A stretch of 64,000 bases of DNA, taken from positions 744,001 through 808,000 of the forward strand of contig CP089277.1 in NCBI GenBank assembly GCA_023920165.1. Reading direction: 5' to 3'. Positions 26,430 through 40,639 of this stretch are shown here, in pieces (position 1 is the stretch's first letter; every line of letters begins with the position of its first letter). The notes beneath the pieces are model-generated. The model saw only the letters and a program-made list of their open reading frames with translations, ran no database searches and had not been told where the DNA came from. Source of the stretch: Curvularia clavata. Its lineage: Eukaryota. The position numbers and the translations under genes are program-made.

Positions 26430-27891
26430 CTATTCTGCACATCTTGAAAGTATTCTGTCGGAAGCTTGGAAGAGAGGTAACTGCTCATGTTTTGCATGCT
26501 CCTTGACTACTACCATCGTCAATGCTCTGCTCCCTCTTACCAAGGCTTTTGATGGAGCATGAAGGGTGAGACCGGTATGGTGCAGTTTTAGCCCACTGTT
26601 CATGTGGTAGCTCAATAATGGGACCTCGATGTCATTCGGAGCTTGTATCGGGTTGCGACCAGCGGGAAAATCGAGAGACCCATCTTCAACGCGGCATCGG
26701 AACCATCCTTCTAGGTAGACAGCGCAATTAAACGGCATATCTGCAAACGGGTCTTCTGGATCGGGGAAACGACTGCGTCCTCGTATGCTCTTAATGCCAT
26801 ATAGGTAAAGGGCAAAGGATGAAGATCACACCTCTTCCTCCCATTCATACATCTCCTCGTCAATGTCTGAGACGAGGGCGCATGATGCTAGCAATGAATC
26901 GATGTTGCAAAGGCGTGTGAGCTGGATGGTACACGATCTTGCTACTGAACCTTGGACACGTCCAAACCCGAAGTATTGATTTGGAAAGTCTGTCCGGTCG
27001 CTACGAACGGCGGTCAAGTAGTTGTTCAAATTGACGGTGAGCAGTTTGGCCGTGGCTCTGGCTGTTGGTTCAATGATCAACAGTATACCTCCTGCGTGTC
27101 CGGGGCAGGTATCAAAGGGAAACGGCAGCTTCCACCATCTGGGTATATAATTGCGTAATCACAGCTTCGGCACGGTCTGCCATCTGCAGGATCCTGTGAC
27201 GTACATGCTCAGTGCCCCAAAGCACGATCATGCCGTCAAGGGAGATGCGATTGAGAAACTGGCACTCATCAAGAAGAGCTCGAACCACAGAATCAGGCCG
27301 TTGTTTAGAACAAAAGTATTCTCAGGAGCGGGTTGGCAGCGATCCTGCGAAGGATAAATCCTTCTACGACCTCTAGAACCAAACACGCCGAGGGACGCTG
27401 CTTCAGGGGCAAGGACGAGCAGGAGCGCAAGCTCTGAGATCGGGTCAATCAACCAGATGCTTGAAAACATCATCCTTATCAGAGTGATCGGGAAGGCATT
27501 CTGGTCCGGTAAACTGGGAGCCGAAGGCTATTCGAGGGAGTCAAAATAATCCCGCGTGCTGACCCAGATACGCATGACTTGCAATTCGAGCTCCAGCGAC
27601 CTTATTCGAGTATGGGCGCGGAATGTTCAATTGAAGAGTGAATGCACTAAGCTTGGAGATGGAGGCGTCCAGCTCCATCACCATATCCTCGGGGGTTGAG
27701 GGGTTGAGCATCACGACCTCTTCTTCAGCTGATTGAGTTGCCCTGGGTTCCGGGCGCCGCTCCGGTATGCACTGGGATATTCTCCACTCAACTCTTCTTG
27801 TTGGTCGATTTGACCGGTAGCGACGTCTCACGGTCCTATTGGTGCGTGGCAGTGTGAGAAATGCGGAGCTTCGAAGTATCCAATGTCGCAA
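26430..27891 (-). pseudogene. Fragmented coding-like relic of unknown family
   Basis: Chain of collinear minus-strand ORF pieces (27541..27891, 26826..27080, 26430..26738) linked through stops and frameshifts; protein-like composition. Confidence 0.4.
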
Positions 27892-29399
27892 TGCTTTGGA
27901 TCAAATTTGTTGTGGTTTCGTTGTAGAGTTTAAGGAAGCAACTCTGTTTATCCAGAAATGAAGTTACCTTTTTGCGTGGCCACTGTTGTTATGTGGCCGT
28001 GTTTGTTCACGGCCTAGGATGGCCCTTTATACAAGCATCGGTACTTCAGCCGCCTCGCCACACACCGCGATGTTCTGGCGAGGTTGCTTACCTCCTACTG
28101 CACACCCCAAATGAGGTTTTTTGTACGCCGGAAGGCGTTACCGACCAAGCTTATGTTATCCTCGGCTAGGCGATCTGTACAGGTGCGAACCACGTACTTC
28201 ATTGGAGATTGATTAGATTTCTTCACTCCACAAACTGTCTGCTGTAGATTTAGAAATGCAGCAGGCTCGATGGCAGTAGGCTCAGCGGTAGCAGGACTGC
28301 TAGAATAACTGAGTTGCTGCTAGATCGTACTTGCAGACCTGTCGTCCTTCGCTCTCTGGTTTATCACCGCCAATGAAGAATTTGTCGAGATAGCAATATC
28401 CGTCGAAAACATCTGTCCGAGGATGTGTTCGGGTTTGGACATAATAACGGCAGTCTTCCTAGCAAATGTCTGGTCGCCAACTTGAAGGAGCGACCGTTGA
28501 CGTCCAAACTATTCGTCCACGTTGTTAAACTGATTAATAAAAGTATCCCAAAGCAACTTTTGCTTGACTTCAAACTGCACACTAGAGGATCTACGACTGA
28601 ACTGGACCGGCAGACACGGTGTCTCCTAGCTCGTGCTTCTTGGAACCGGTAAGGTGGAGTCTCCAATAATACCAACGGCTTTGTTGACTCTTCCACCATA
28701 CGTGACGGCTTAGCAGGTGTTTCTATAGCTGCATAAAGCTATGAGCGTGTCGGGATGTCCCCAGATCTAATTGGAGGAGAAGAGGAGATACAGTCTTTCG
28801 GATCCCAACAATTTTGCTCACAATCCCGTGATCCAGGAAGATGTCCCGGTAGTTACCAGGGTTGCGTCAAATCACGCACGATTATGGCGTCCGAATCTAG
28901 CCGAAGTCCGTGTGAATGTCGTCCAGCTTCGGCGATCATGCAGCACAAATTGACGCTGTTGAATTTTGGCGATCGTAGCTCAATCATCCTTGGGGATCTT
29001 ATGCAAGGAAAGGTAGTCTGGAATGACAGAGGGCAGCCCAGGAGGTGGGTAAGGAGCTAGGATGGGTACATCCGGTGCAGAATACAATGTTGGGCTGATA
29101 TGCAAGCCGCAATGGACTGCGTAGAGCTGCATTGGCCTACTTCTGGGCTGCTTGGCTCCGTTGCTCTGACTAGCAGTCCGTAATGGGTTATTGCATGATC
29201 CTCAGTCAACGCCTCAACCAACAGTTATAAGAAGCAGTGTTTGAGGTAATCATCAAAGCGTTCTTCTGAGCAGCTGTCGTCGCGCTTGTCAAGTTTAACC
29301 TTAAAAGACATCCCAGTCTTGTCTGGAAATACTCAAGGCTATACACTTTTTCCGCATCGATGCCAGCACTATTGCTGTTAATAATTTATATGAATTTCA

Positions 29400-29520
29400 A
29401 CCCTGGATTGGCAAGTTGCACCTCCATGGTAGGTTGTCGGGTCCCTCTGGATAGCCTTTCCACTTGACCGAGTATGAAAACAAGCCCTTCCTATTATGCA
29501 AGTGTGACTCCTTTTCGTTG
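29400..29520 (-). pseudogene. Chromodomain-like relic inside a decayed gene (~28.3-30.5 kb)
   Basis: Minus-strand translation HLHNRKGLFSYSVKWKGYPEGPDNLPW resembles the chromodomain core Y-x-V-K-W-K-G-Y...W; surrounding frame is broken. Confidence 0.55.
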
Positions 29521-31274
29521 GGGCTGATACGAGGATTGCTTAGCGTTGGGTTCTCGTTTAAGCTTTTATCATCGTGAAGCGTGGCATCCAGATCTTGTTG
29601 ATTCCATGGCCCTAGACGTTTTTAGGCGACAGAAACCCGAGATGGCAAACCAATGGCCCAGCTTGACACCAAAATCGGCAGTGATGCCAGTCTGAAACTG
29701 ACCATGGTTTGACTCCCAGTCCATGGTTGAAGTAATGAGTACAAGCAGGGGATGCAGATGCAAGGGCAACAACCGTACGTCCATACTTGAACAAGTCTTC
29801 GATAGTTCCGACAAAGAGCAATGTTTTTCTCGGAGCCGTAGTGGAAACAGATACAAGCTCCGGGGTTGACAGTGGCAGCAAATCCGATTGGCGTGGAGAG
29901 TTTGCCTTGAGATGGAGAATGCTTGACTGTGGCGATTACTTCTAGCCCAAGAGCTAACTTGGCGTAGAGCCCAGGACATCTGTGCTGCGGAGAGTTCACC
30001 CGCTATAGAGTCGTTACAATTTTGTCCTGGCGCGTGCAATATACTTTGCTAGGTTGCAGAAGCAATGGTAGTGGCCGCCGAAGCATTATCCGTGGCCGCA
30101 ACACGGGAGAAGCACCTGGGAGTAGGTGTAGGCACGAGCGTGGGCGTTGGGGCGGCTCTCCATGGGAATAATGATTGCAAGTCTGAGAAGCTTGCACATA
30201 AAGAAGGTACAGAACTGTGATAGAATGTGTTCTTTGCCCTCGTAGTTCGGCTGGAGCTTGGCAAGAATTGCCATGTTGCTCAATCCATTGCAAAGACGCT
30301 TACACTCCTTCTCGGTCCCTCGCTTGATAACGATATTCAGGCCGTGGTTATGCTCGCTAAGCTCCTCGACAGTCATGCTTTCCATCTGCTTCGCCGTCCA
30401 GGTAGTGTACGGCGTCATGTCGAGTATGGCCCCCTCTTTGTTGAAAAGGCAATCTGCGACGATGTAAATCTGCACTATGCTAGCAGAAACGGTAGGGTGA
30501 ACCATGCGACCCTTCCAGGAACAGAACATCCGTTACCGAGTTGCGATCCCCGCCCATGAGGAGGAAGACAAGTCGAAGATGATGATGGGGAAAAGAGACG
30601 AAGAATATGAAGGAGAGGACGCGGAAGAAGAAGACGAGGAGGAGGTTTGTTCGTGAGGATGGGTATAGGACCTCGACGAAGAACTCGTTTGGCGGATTGT
30701 TTCGCGTTGGAATCTCGAACTGCTGGATAAGGTCCTCAACGCTCTGATCCAGCTCGTTGGCACCGGCGAGGACGAAGATCGTTGACGACTGCCTCAGGGG
30801 AAAGGGAGTCATATGGACTAGTTCTAGATAGATCTAGTTTGAGTGACGGCGATCCTGTCGTGTCCTTACTAGCGATCAACACGACACCGACGGCATCTTC
30901 ATATAAAGCCCACATGCTTCTAAGACTTTTTCAAAGAGTGTCTTCTGCTGTGATGACATTAGACCCTCCTCGTCTTCGAGGGATTCGAGCTCGCTATCGG
31001 AATCTTTCCTATGGTCGTCCCGCTAATATTGCTCGTTGAGTTGTTCGTCGCATGTGATGCAAGTCGACTATGTGAAGGCGGATGACAAGAGGTTGCGGCA
31101 ACTACATTTTGTCGCGGTACTGCCTTGCCAGTTCTGTCATCAATACATAGTGATTGTCCAGTCCAGTTCTGCATTGCGACCATAGTAACCCATCCTTTCG
31201 TTCGTATTCCGCTGGCCGGCTCTTCTAAAGGGGAGAAGAGCGTGCACGGAGGACCCCAAGTCAGAACGACGTGA

Positions 31275-32462
31275 CTACAGCCTTTGACATGGAAGAGCAG
31301 AGAAACGCGAAGATCTTTTCGACACCCCTGCTTTGGAACTCGGGAAGCCCACCGAATTAAGTTGGAGAATTGGAGTGTCCGAGCCCACTTCCGCATGCTT
31401 GTTGATCTCGTCGATCACCTCTTTCTCGTAGCCGTTGGTGAAAAGAAGGGGTGAATACAATATCAGTTCGACTGTTTTTTGAACTGTGCCGTCTTCGAGA
31501 CTTTGGGGCGATGGCCAACCTCGCCGCAGCATCTGGCTCTTGAACGATTGCTAGCCGATTCCCGGCGGCACTGGCACCGGGATGACCATCATCCGAGAGC
31601 TGGTAGCAATACCGAAGGTATGACCGCTTGAGACCTCGCACTGTCAAATCGTCCGTAGTATGTGCGGAAGAGGGCGTTCTGTGCCGCGAGAATCTCTTTC
31701 GTCCAGACCATTGTTACCGCTTTGTAATTTGTGATATTGGAGTGTCACCGGCTCCATCGATTGGTGAGCATCCTCGATAGCAGCCCTCGGAGGTTGGGGT
31801 ATTCTCTTTGCAAGCAGCTTGGCAGCTTGTGAGCATGTGTGCCACTGAGCGCACCATTTGTTAACCTATATGTCCCGTACAGTCGGCACTCCCTTCAGAC
31901 CCTTGATGGCAGCGGTCTCTAACGGGGTTGCTAAGACTGTACGGGCGTCTGCACTTAGTCCTGTCGATTCATTGCGCAGTATATCTCACTTGTATGACCG
32001 CCAAACTCCTGCGGATACGTCTGACTGTCTCCATGTAGGATGACTAGCTTGGGACGCCACTCTGCTAGGAACTGTAGCATGGCTTTGCTATTTCTCATCA
32101 TGCGTGACCAAGCTTTTGGCCAAGCCTTCAAGCCTTGAGGGCTGGCGGAGATGAAGGTGGCGCCTATCCGTGGCTCGACACCATTGACTCTTCCATCCTC
32201 CATAGGAGGAAGCTTCAGCTCTGTGGGGATAGGGTTAGTGCCGTGTGTCTTAGCAACCGCATTGAAGTTGATCCTCCATGCTCCGAGACTCGTGTCCGTC
32301 TTACCCAACCCCATTTCGTCAGCTAGAATGCAGCCTCCTTTGCTACCAAACGCGTCGATATGAGCTTCAGTAGCACCAACAATCTGATGCGGGTAAGCGC
32401 TGTGGCCGAGGTGAAGTATCAAAGTAATCCACTAAGTTGGTATATATAAAATGAGAAGACAT
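31275..32462 (-). pseudogene. SNF2-family ATPase/helicase N-terminal relic
   Basis: AYPHQIVG (Q motif), GGCILADEMGLGKT (Walker A), downstream RAAIEDAHQ (~31760-31788, degenerate DEAH); frameshifts and stops; no helicase C-lobe seen. Confidence 0.7.
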
Positions 32463-33419
32463 GATATGAAAGGAGTTAATATAAGGAAGTAAAGTAGAAC
32501 CCCTACCAGTGGCAGAGCAGTCTCTGAAGGCGAGAAGCAGCCGCGTAACGGGTTGAGAGTTGAGAGTGGTAGAGAAAGAGAAGAAAGAGAGAGAGAGCAG
32601 TGAGTGTGAGGGATTTATATACTGTAGGGCAAGGTGAGATACCGCCAGTTTCGCACGTGCCGCTTGCCTAATCGGGTCGCAAAGTGAGAGAAATTGATGA
32701 GCAAACGGTGCTAGGCTGCCACGACTAGGTCGTTTGCTGGCGGGCAAATGAGGGATCAACGATGGTTTGATTCTTGAATTAGTGAGCGGTGGGCGAGCGG
32801 GAATATTCGACATAAGCTTATTGGGCAGTAACTGGGTATGCGTGTGCTTTACCAAAGCCATACGCGAGTGGCACTTGATGTCGAAAGTGCCAGTACTCTG
32901 GGACATATACAAGTCCAACTCAGAAACAAGGATTAAGAACAATAGGAAGGCCTGAACACAAAACTGGATTAGCACATCCATGTTGATTTCTCTATAATCT
33001 TTGTAGCTCTTACAGGGCACTAGTCGTCTAACAGTACACCACTGTGCCGAGACAGCCATAGGTAATACTAGTTTAGGCACGAAGTCATGTTCCTCATTCT
33101 TAACTCTCGTGACGCGGAACAGTATCATCACTGAATCAAATCAGAGAATACGTGACCCATTACTTTTCATTTCTCATTCAGTAGATACATACATCAAAGC
33201 GTCATCCAAGCGTCTCTACAGCTGATGACTTCCACAACGCCGTCTCATGCTCAATCGTCATCACCATGACCAACACCTCGCCATGCACCGCTCCGATCTA
33301 ATCCCCCAGCAGCTACACCAGGTCTGGTGATCAGACAAAGGAAAGAAGGTAAAGGAAAAGGTATACATATCGCTCACGTGGTGAGAGCGGAAACTTGGAA
33401 AACTTTAGACTAAGACTTT

Positions 33420-34975
<1,556 letters not shown>

Positions 34976-35714
34976 TGTGAATCGAGTGTGAAGTTATCTC
35001 AAGAGTGCAGAATAACAACAGCAGCAACAGCGGCAGTTAAGTAGCAAGAGAATGAGGGGAAAAGCAAGCTACTCCAGCTTGATAGAGCGGCTCCGGGAGC
35101 TTTTATTTGAGCAAGGTGGGGCGGGCGACAGCACAGCGTCATTGAGCCCCTCCATGCCCCTCATTCGCGGGCGCGGTTCGGTCGACATCGCGCAATGCTC
35201 GCGCCTTGAGGCTCAAACTCGTAGCTGGCTCGGAAATGTCTGGATTCGCCGTGAATGCTGACCATTGGCCGTGGCAGTCGGGGCATCTTAGCCAGATGGG
35301 GACATGTTGGTTGGAGAGCTGGCTCGGCAGTCGCGTTACGGAACTACTTGCCGCTTCGGGATGATGAAAACGACCGCCCTGTGTGTAGATATGCGCCATT
35401 CAGCAAAACCACGGCACACTACTGCACTCCTGGGACGCCTCGACTGAGCTGTATCAAATGTGCGGCGCGCGTGATGCCTGTAGAGCTGGCACAATCATGG
35501 CCGTGTTGGAAAGCAAGATTGGGCTACACGCAGGCGATGTCCAGGGTCTCCCAGCACTAAGCATGTAACGAAATGATATTGTCTTGGTATCTTCAAAACG
35601 GGCCAAAATCTCGGCCTTGCAAAAGCTATCCTGTTGTCCCTCGCTCATGAAACCAGAAAAAAAACGCCATACTCCGTTTTACTACCGCTTCCAGCCGAAC
35701 ACTACCCAGTACCG

Positions 35715-36798
35715 CTAAGCATCTTCCTCTAATATCTTGTCTGGAGTCGATGTCTTGCTACGGTCCACTGACAACTCTTTGCTGTCTTTGCTGTCTTTGC
35801 CGCCTTTGCTCTTGCTTCGTAGCCTTCCCCAGCTCATGGCTCTCTTCCTATTCTTCTCCGCCCCTTTGACATCGTGACTCCATCGTCTCCTCGCTGGTGG
35901 TCTTGTGTTGTCTAGGCCGAGCAAGTTCCGAATCTCCGATACCTCTGCGTGTCCGCGGGTGGTCTTCATCCTGTGTGCCCACGTACATTCGCCGTTCTCA
36001 AACAGAAACTCTCCGCCAACCTGCTTGAAGTCGCCACCCTTGAGCGCCTTCCTACCCGTGCTAAGCCCCTGGAATATCGACTGGACCGAGTTAATGAGCA
36101 CGTTGGTCTGCATGTATTGCGGCTTTGCGCCTAGGTTCAAGGTGCGCGTCATGCCCAGGTGGTCGTAGAGCTTGCGCGTTGGGTCGGCGTAGATGGGGAA
36201 CGGGCAACCCGTGGTTTCGGTGTACATTGGGATCAGCTCGGGCCGTCCACATCCAATAACAGTGATAAAGGTCGGTGTAGGTAGGGCGAGGAGATCGTCG
36301 GGCGTTATAGACGAAGCCAGCGTGCGTAGGTATTCCTGGCAGTTCTGTGACATGTCAGTTATTGCCTCTGGCTACCAAGTTCCAACAGTATGTTTGACAA
36401 ATACTCACTCCACAGAAGAAATGCCGAATGAATATGATGAGCTGTCTTGAGGCGACATGCGGTGCCTGGTAGAGTTCCTTGAAAGGCCTGCTCTGACCTT
36501 GCGCATCCAACACCAGCATGTCTGCCACTGCAGCTAGGTCCTTCTCCGTGGGTATGTCGTTGTTCACATCAATAGTGCCCTCAAACTCCTCCTGCTCCTG
36601 CTGCAGGACTGGTGTTTGGCTCGACGGTGAGAAAGGCGGTGTGGTGTTGTCTGCTACGTCCATTGAGACTTTGTAATCCGTCGTGTGTCCAGACTGCGAG
36701 TGTGGCGGCGATGGCATCTGTGTCGTAGGTTGTTGTGGCGCGGACGTCATGATGGGCGGAGGAATGGGCGCCGTAGCTTTGCTTTCTGAAGCCTCCAT
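35715..36798 (-). CDS. AhpC/TSA antioxidant-like (peroxiredoxin-like 2) protein
   Basis: IFIRHFFCG|NCQEY (CxxC across intron ~36345-36409), IYADPTRKLY, QVGGEFLF, HRM...GH. Confidence 0.88.
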
Positions 36799-37575
36799 GT
36801 TGTTTGTTTGAAGTATGGGAGTATGGCCAGCAGAGTTCGCAGATCGTAGCAGTCTTAGATACAGGCGTGTTCGCTGTTCAATGCTCGGAAGACAGCTGGT
36901 CCGGGGCTAGAGGCCGTTGGTTTGGCGCTCGCAGGAAGGGGCGCAGCACAATGAGATACGAGATGGAAAGTGAGATACGGGACCGGCGTCGTGGAAGATT
37001 CGATGGACAGACATTTGGCAGTCGAAAGGCACGGTGCGAGGGTGATTTATTATTTAATTGGCGACGCGAAACATGGCCACACATGCGACACGCTTCGAGA
37101 CGCTGCATGCAGGTACACGCAACGACGTCAGCGGCTGTTGAAACTTGCTATTGGTGCCCACGGTTGTGTTAGTGTCCATGCCGTTCAAGGGTAGCGTCGC
37201 CTGTGGTGGCAGTGCATGCATCCAGTCCTGTCTTCTTGTCGTCGCTCCTGTTCAACGTGGCTATTGAGCCATGAATGCATTCACACGGTGAGCTGGGCGT
37301 TGTTGGCAGGTCAAGGTGCCATGAAGCCTGACGTGTCTCGTCTCAGGGTTCCCCCACGCAGGGTATGGCGCTAAGCCACGCCTCAGAGTGCGCCACTACC
37401 ATCACGACAGCCACCCTTACCAGACTGCACATAACACCAAAGAAGCCATGCATCTGCTATTTGTCCTTTTGACTGCGTCTACAGGTTTTTCTCTTCAAGT
37501 ATGCTTTTGGCTGCCCAGGCTGCCGAGCTTTCGCCTCCTGTTGCTCGCCCATTGGCCTCGACAACCACCCCACAC

Positions 37576-38821
37576 TCAAGCACGGTCTTCCGTCTCTTGC
37601 TTACCCAGCTTCGCCTTGACGCGTTCTAGGACATCGGTGTATCTGTAAAAGTTCGGAAAATCTGCGCCCTGGCAGTCCCTCTTGATCTTGACAGCTTTGG
37701 CCGCCACCTTCTCGGCCATCTTGAGGTCACCCGTGTGCTCACAGATGACGGCAATATCCAGATAACTATTCGAGTCAGTCAGGGAGTTCAAGGTTTGGAT
37801 TAGGGTTTGCCGGGTCGATCTCATTCTTCTAGTCGAGCCGTTGTCGATACCGGGGGAGAAATACAAAAACATGGATAATTTCATGCAACTTACATGGAAG
37901 CCAGCCTAGCGGTACGCTCGCCTTCGACTGTGTGGAGAGCGGCCATCTCAAGTAGCCTTTGGACAAACTGAGGATCCTGTGCTCCTTGAAGCAGCATGTC
38001 AGGACGGCTACCAACACGCCACATCTGCGTCTCCAAATCCAGTTCCTGCAGTCGGAAGCGCCTTATGGCGCTCTGGTGCGTGAAACTTGTCTCGTCATTT
38101 TCGTCTCCCGAGCAGGCGGGACAGTCGCAAACGAAACCGTAATGCTTGAGCTCGTAGGCTCGCGACGGCTTGTCGTGAGTCATGTCGCAATAAGAAAGTG
38201 TAATCTGCTCGCCTGCGGCTATGTCTTTCATGGCATGAATTGTCTCCTTTTTGGTGGCAGCGTTCCAGTAGAAGCATGCATTTGGGTTGCAACTGTGATT
38301 AAATCGTGATGCACGCGGAAACACGCCCACGCCCCTTCCTATCTCCATGCAGTTTGTCTGAAAGATGCTCAACCATGTCGCTTCTTTACCGATCCTCCCC
38401 TCGTGCTGATCCTCGATGCGCTTGCGCTCGCAGGGGTGTACACTATCGAGGATTTTGGACGGCCACTTGCTCGGGTCTTGACCATGACTGGAGTGGAGCG
38501 AAAAGTATACTTTCTTCTGCTCAGGTGTCAACTCTGCACCGGCCTTCTCGACATCAGATCGTGAATAGTTTGAGTCGGCTAAAGCAAGTATCGGGTCCTC
38601 TGCCAAGATACGAGTGCCCTGTGAGATCGGTTGTTTCGCAAAGCATCCGTAGCCTTTTCCGTGAACTTTTCGGCCCTCAAAATACTCGTTGCCTTCTGCG
38701 TGTTGTCAGCTTTGACCGGTTTAGTTTTGCCAGCGAGGAAGTTCCATCTGCCCGTCTTCTGCAGATGATCAAATGATCGTTACTTACCGGGAGCGACGAG
38801 TGTATCAGTCGGAGTTGCCAT
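37576..38821 (-). CDS. SET-domain protein (SMYD/Set5-like lysine methyltransferase), 2 introns
   Basis: GKGYGCFA, IFQTN, SRFNHSCNPN, EQITLSY, post-SET YGFVCDCPAC. Confidence 0.9.
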
Positions 38822-40003
38822 CTTGAAGGGTTAAGAGATCGAGAGAGATGGCTGAGGAGGAATTTGAGGCATTGATTGTTTGCTCACTTGAGGACGAGCG
38901 TTTGCTGTGTAGTTTGGCGGTGTGTCAGAAAATCGCGTCTCACCGTCGAAAGTCCCGTAGATACCGCTTATCCTTGCACTGCCTTGTTGTGGCAGTCATA
39001 GGCCATATGCAATCCCATTTGGTGTTGTCTAACTTCTAAATTTCCGGAATCCCAACTTGTGAGTACTATCCTGATGGGCTTGTTACAAGACATCCTCTAC
39101 TTCACAAAGCTAGACGAAATTCGTTAGCGGTACTGAGGCTCTGTAATCCTTCCATCTCCCTACCAGACCGCGGAGCTAGAATTATCTAAAAACGCAATCA
39201 CCTCATGTTCCCGCAATGGTTTCATAGCCAGATCAGCATTCTTGATCTAGCACGAGCGAAAGCTGTAGCTTACTCAGGTCACTGATACGTGGAAACGCCT
39301 GCCCTCTTTCACTGCGCAAAGCAAAAGCAAAAAACACGATCAGATATCTATCACTCTACTACAGGATTGAAACTTCCCTTCCACCACACCAAATTGCAAA
39401 AAGTCAATCATGTCTTCTCCGGTAGTTTGTTGTTCTAACGCCTCAATTCGGACCTGAGACGCCCTCCTAGCTCAGTAACTCTTTTTTTCTTGTGGGACAC
39501 TGAGTGGGTTATTGGTTCCCTACAATCTATCAGCATACCCCATATTCGTAACATTGCTCAATGCTCGCTAGTAGCGGGTTGATTCTATAGCCTCGTTCGT
39601 AGTCTAATAATTTCTGATGTTTGGTGTTTTGTTTGGTACCCACCCGGTGCCTGTTTGTGCTAGGAGCCCACCCGACCACCAGAGAAGAGACGATTGCTTG
39701 ATGGATGGGAGCTCAATATTGCAGTATTTTCGCATTCAGAACAATGCGAGAAGGCTAATGGTGAGCGAGTTTGTGGCCACAGCCTGTAGACAGGTGAGAG
39801 CGTTTGCCATGTGCGTCACGTATACCTTTCACAAACACTGCACGAATACAACACGCACACGTCACCTTCAGTGTTACCACGCAAATGCGCATGTATTTTT
39901 GTAATTTTAGTAGCTAGTGTTGGCATCTGTATGTGCCTGGATACTCCATCGCTCAGCAAATTTGCTTCTGCCCTATGTCCTTCTCAAGCCATCGATCTTC
40001 CGC

Positions 40004-40186
40004 TTAGTCCTCATATTCGTTCTCCGAATCATAGGGTCCGCCATGATACTCGCACAGCTGATCCTTCTTCTTCTTGACGCCTGGCCAGCTGATCATGCTC
40101 GAGCCGACGCATCGCGGCTTGCACTTCCAAATGTACTTGAGGAGGATGCAGCCGCATGAGTACTCGACGCGGTAGACTTCGCACAT
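40004..40186 (-). CDS. 60-aa Cys-rich microprotein, possibly Zn-binding
   Basis: MCEVYRVEYSCGC...C...C...CEYH; isolated ORF with a good start context (cccaATG); no signal peptide. Confidence 0.5.
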   Translation of the reverse strand: MCEVYRVEYSCGCILLKYIWKCKPRCVGSSMISWPGVKKKKDQLCEYHGGPYDSENEYED

Positions 40187-40639
40187 TGGGGTTTTGGTGG
40201 TTGTTCAGTCGGATATGTGGTACGTTTCGAGCAGTGTGTGAGGAATTATAGAGAGATAGGGGGGTTGAGGTGGGTTATGGAGGTTGGGTTCGTTTGAGTC
40301 ACGGGTAGAGCGTTTGCAGTGGTGAGTTGGCTGCCTGCGATGGCTGCAGTGTCTGACAGTCACATAGACATCCATTGATACCGAAAACGGTAATAGGCAA
40401 CCTAATTATGAACTATGACACTCGTGAAACATATTCGTAGAGTCGTTGCCCTGGTATGTCCTGGTGTGAAGAATGTGCGTTCACGAGCCAAGTGCGACTC
40501 AGATATCTCATACCGATGAAAAGCGTCACTGTGTCTGCAACATGAGCACTAGCTGCAAACACAAGATGCAAAGGACCAGAGGTCCTTCTCACTCTGATAT
40601 CATACAGCTACCATCAGCGCCGAGACGTCCATCATCATC

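Noticed and set aside
32367..33131. 254-aa minus-strand ORF upstream of the SNF2 relic
   Set aside because: No ATG at the listed start, low-complexity CT-rich promoter-like content, no domain; only its last codons may belong to the SNF2 relic
39461..39476. gccctcctagctcagt, resembling a tRNA 5' end and A box
   Set aside because: No anticodon arm, T-loop (GTTCGA) or acceptor complement follows
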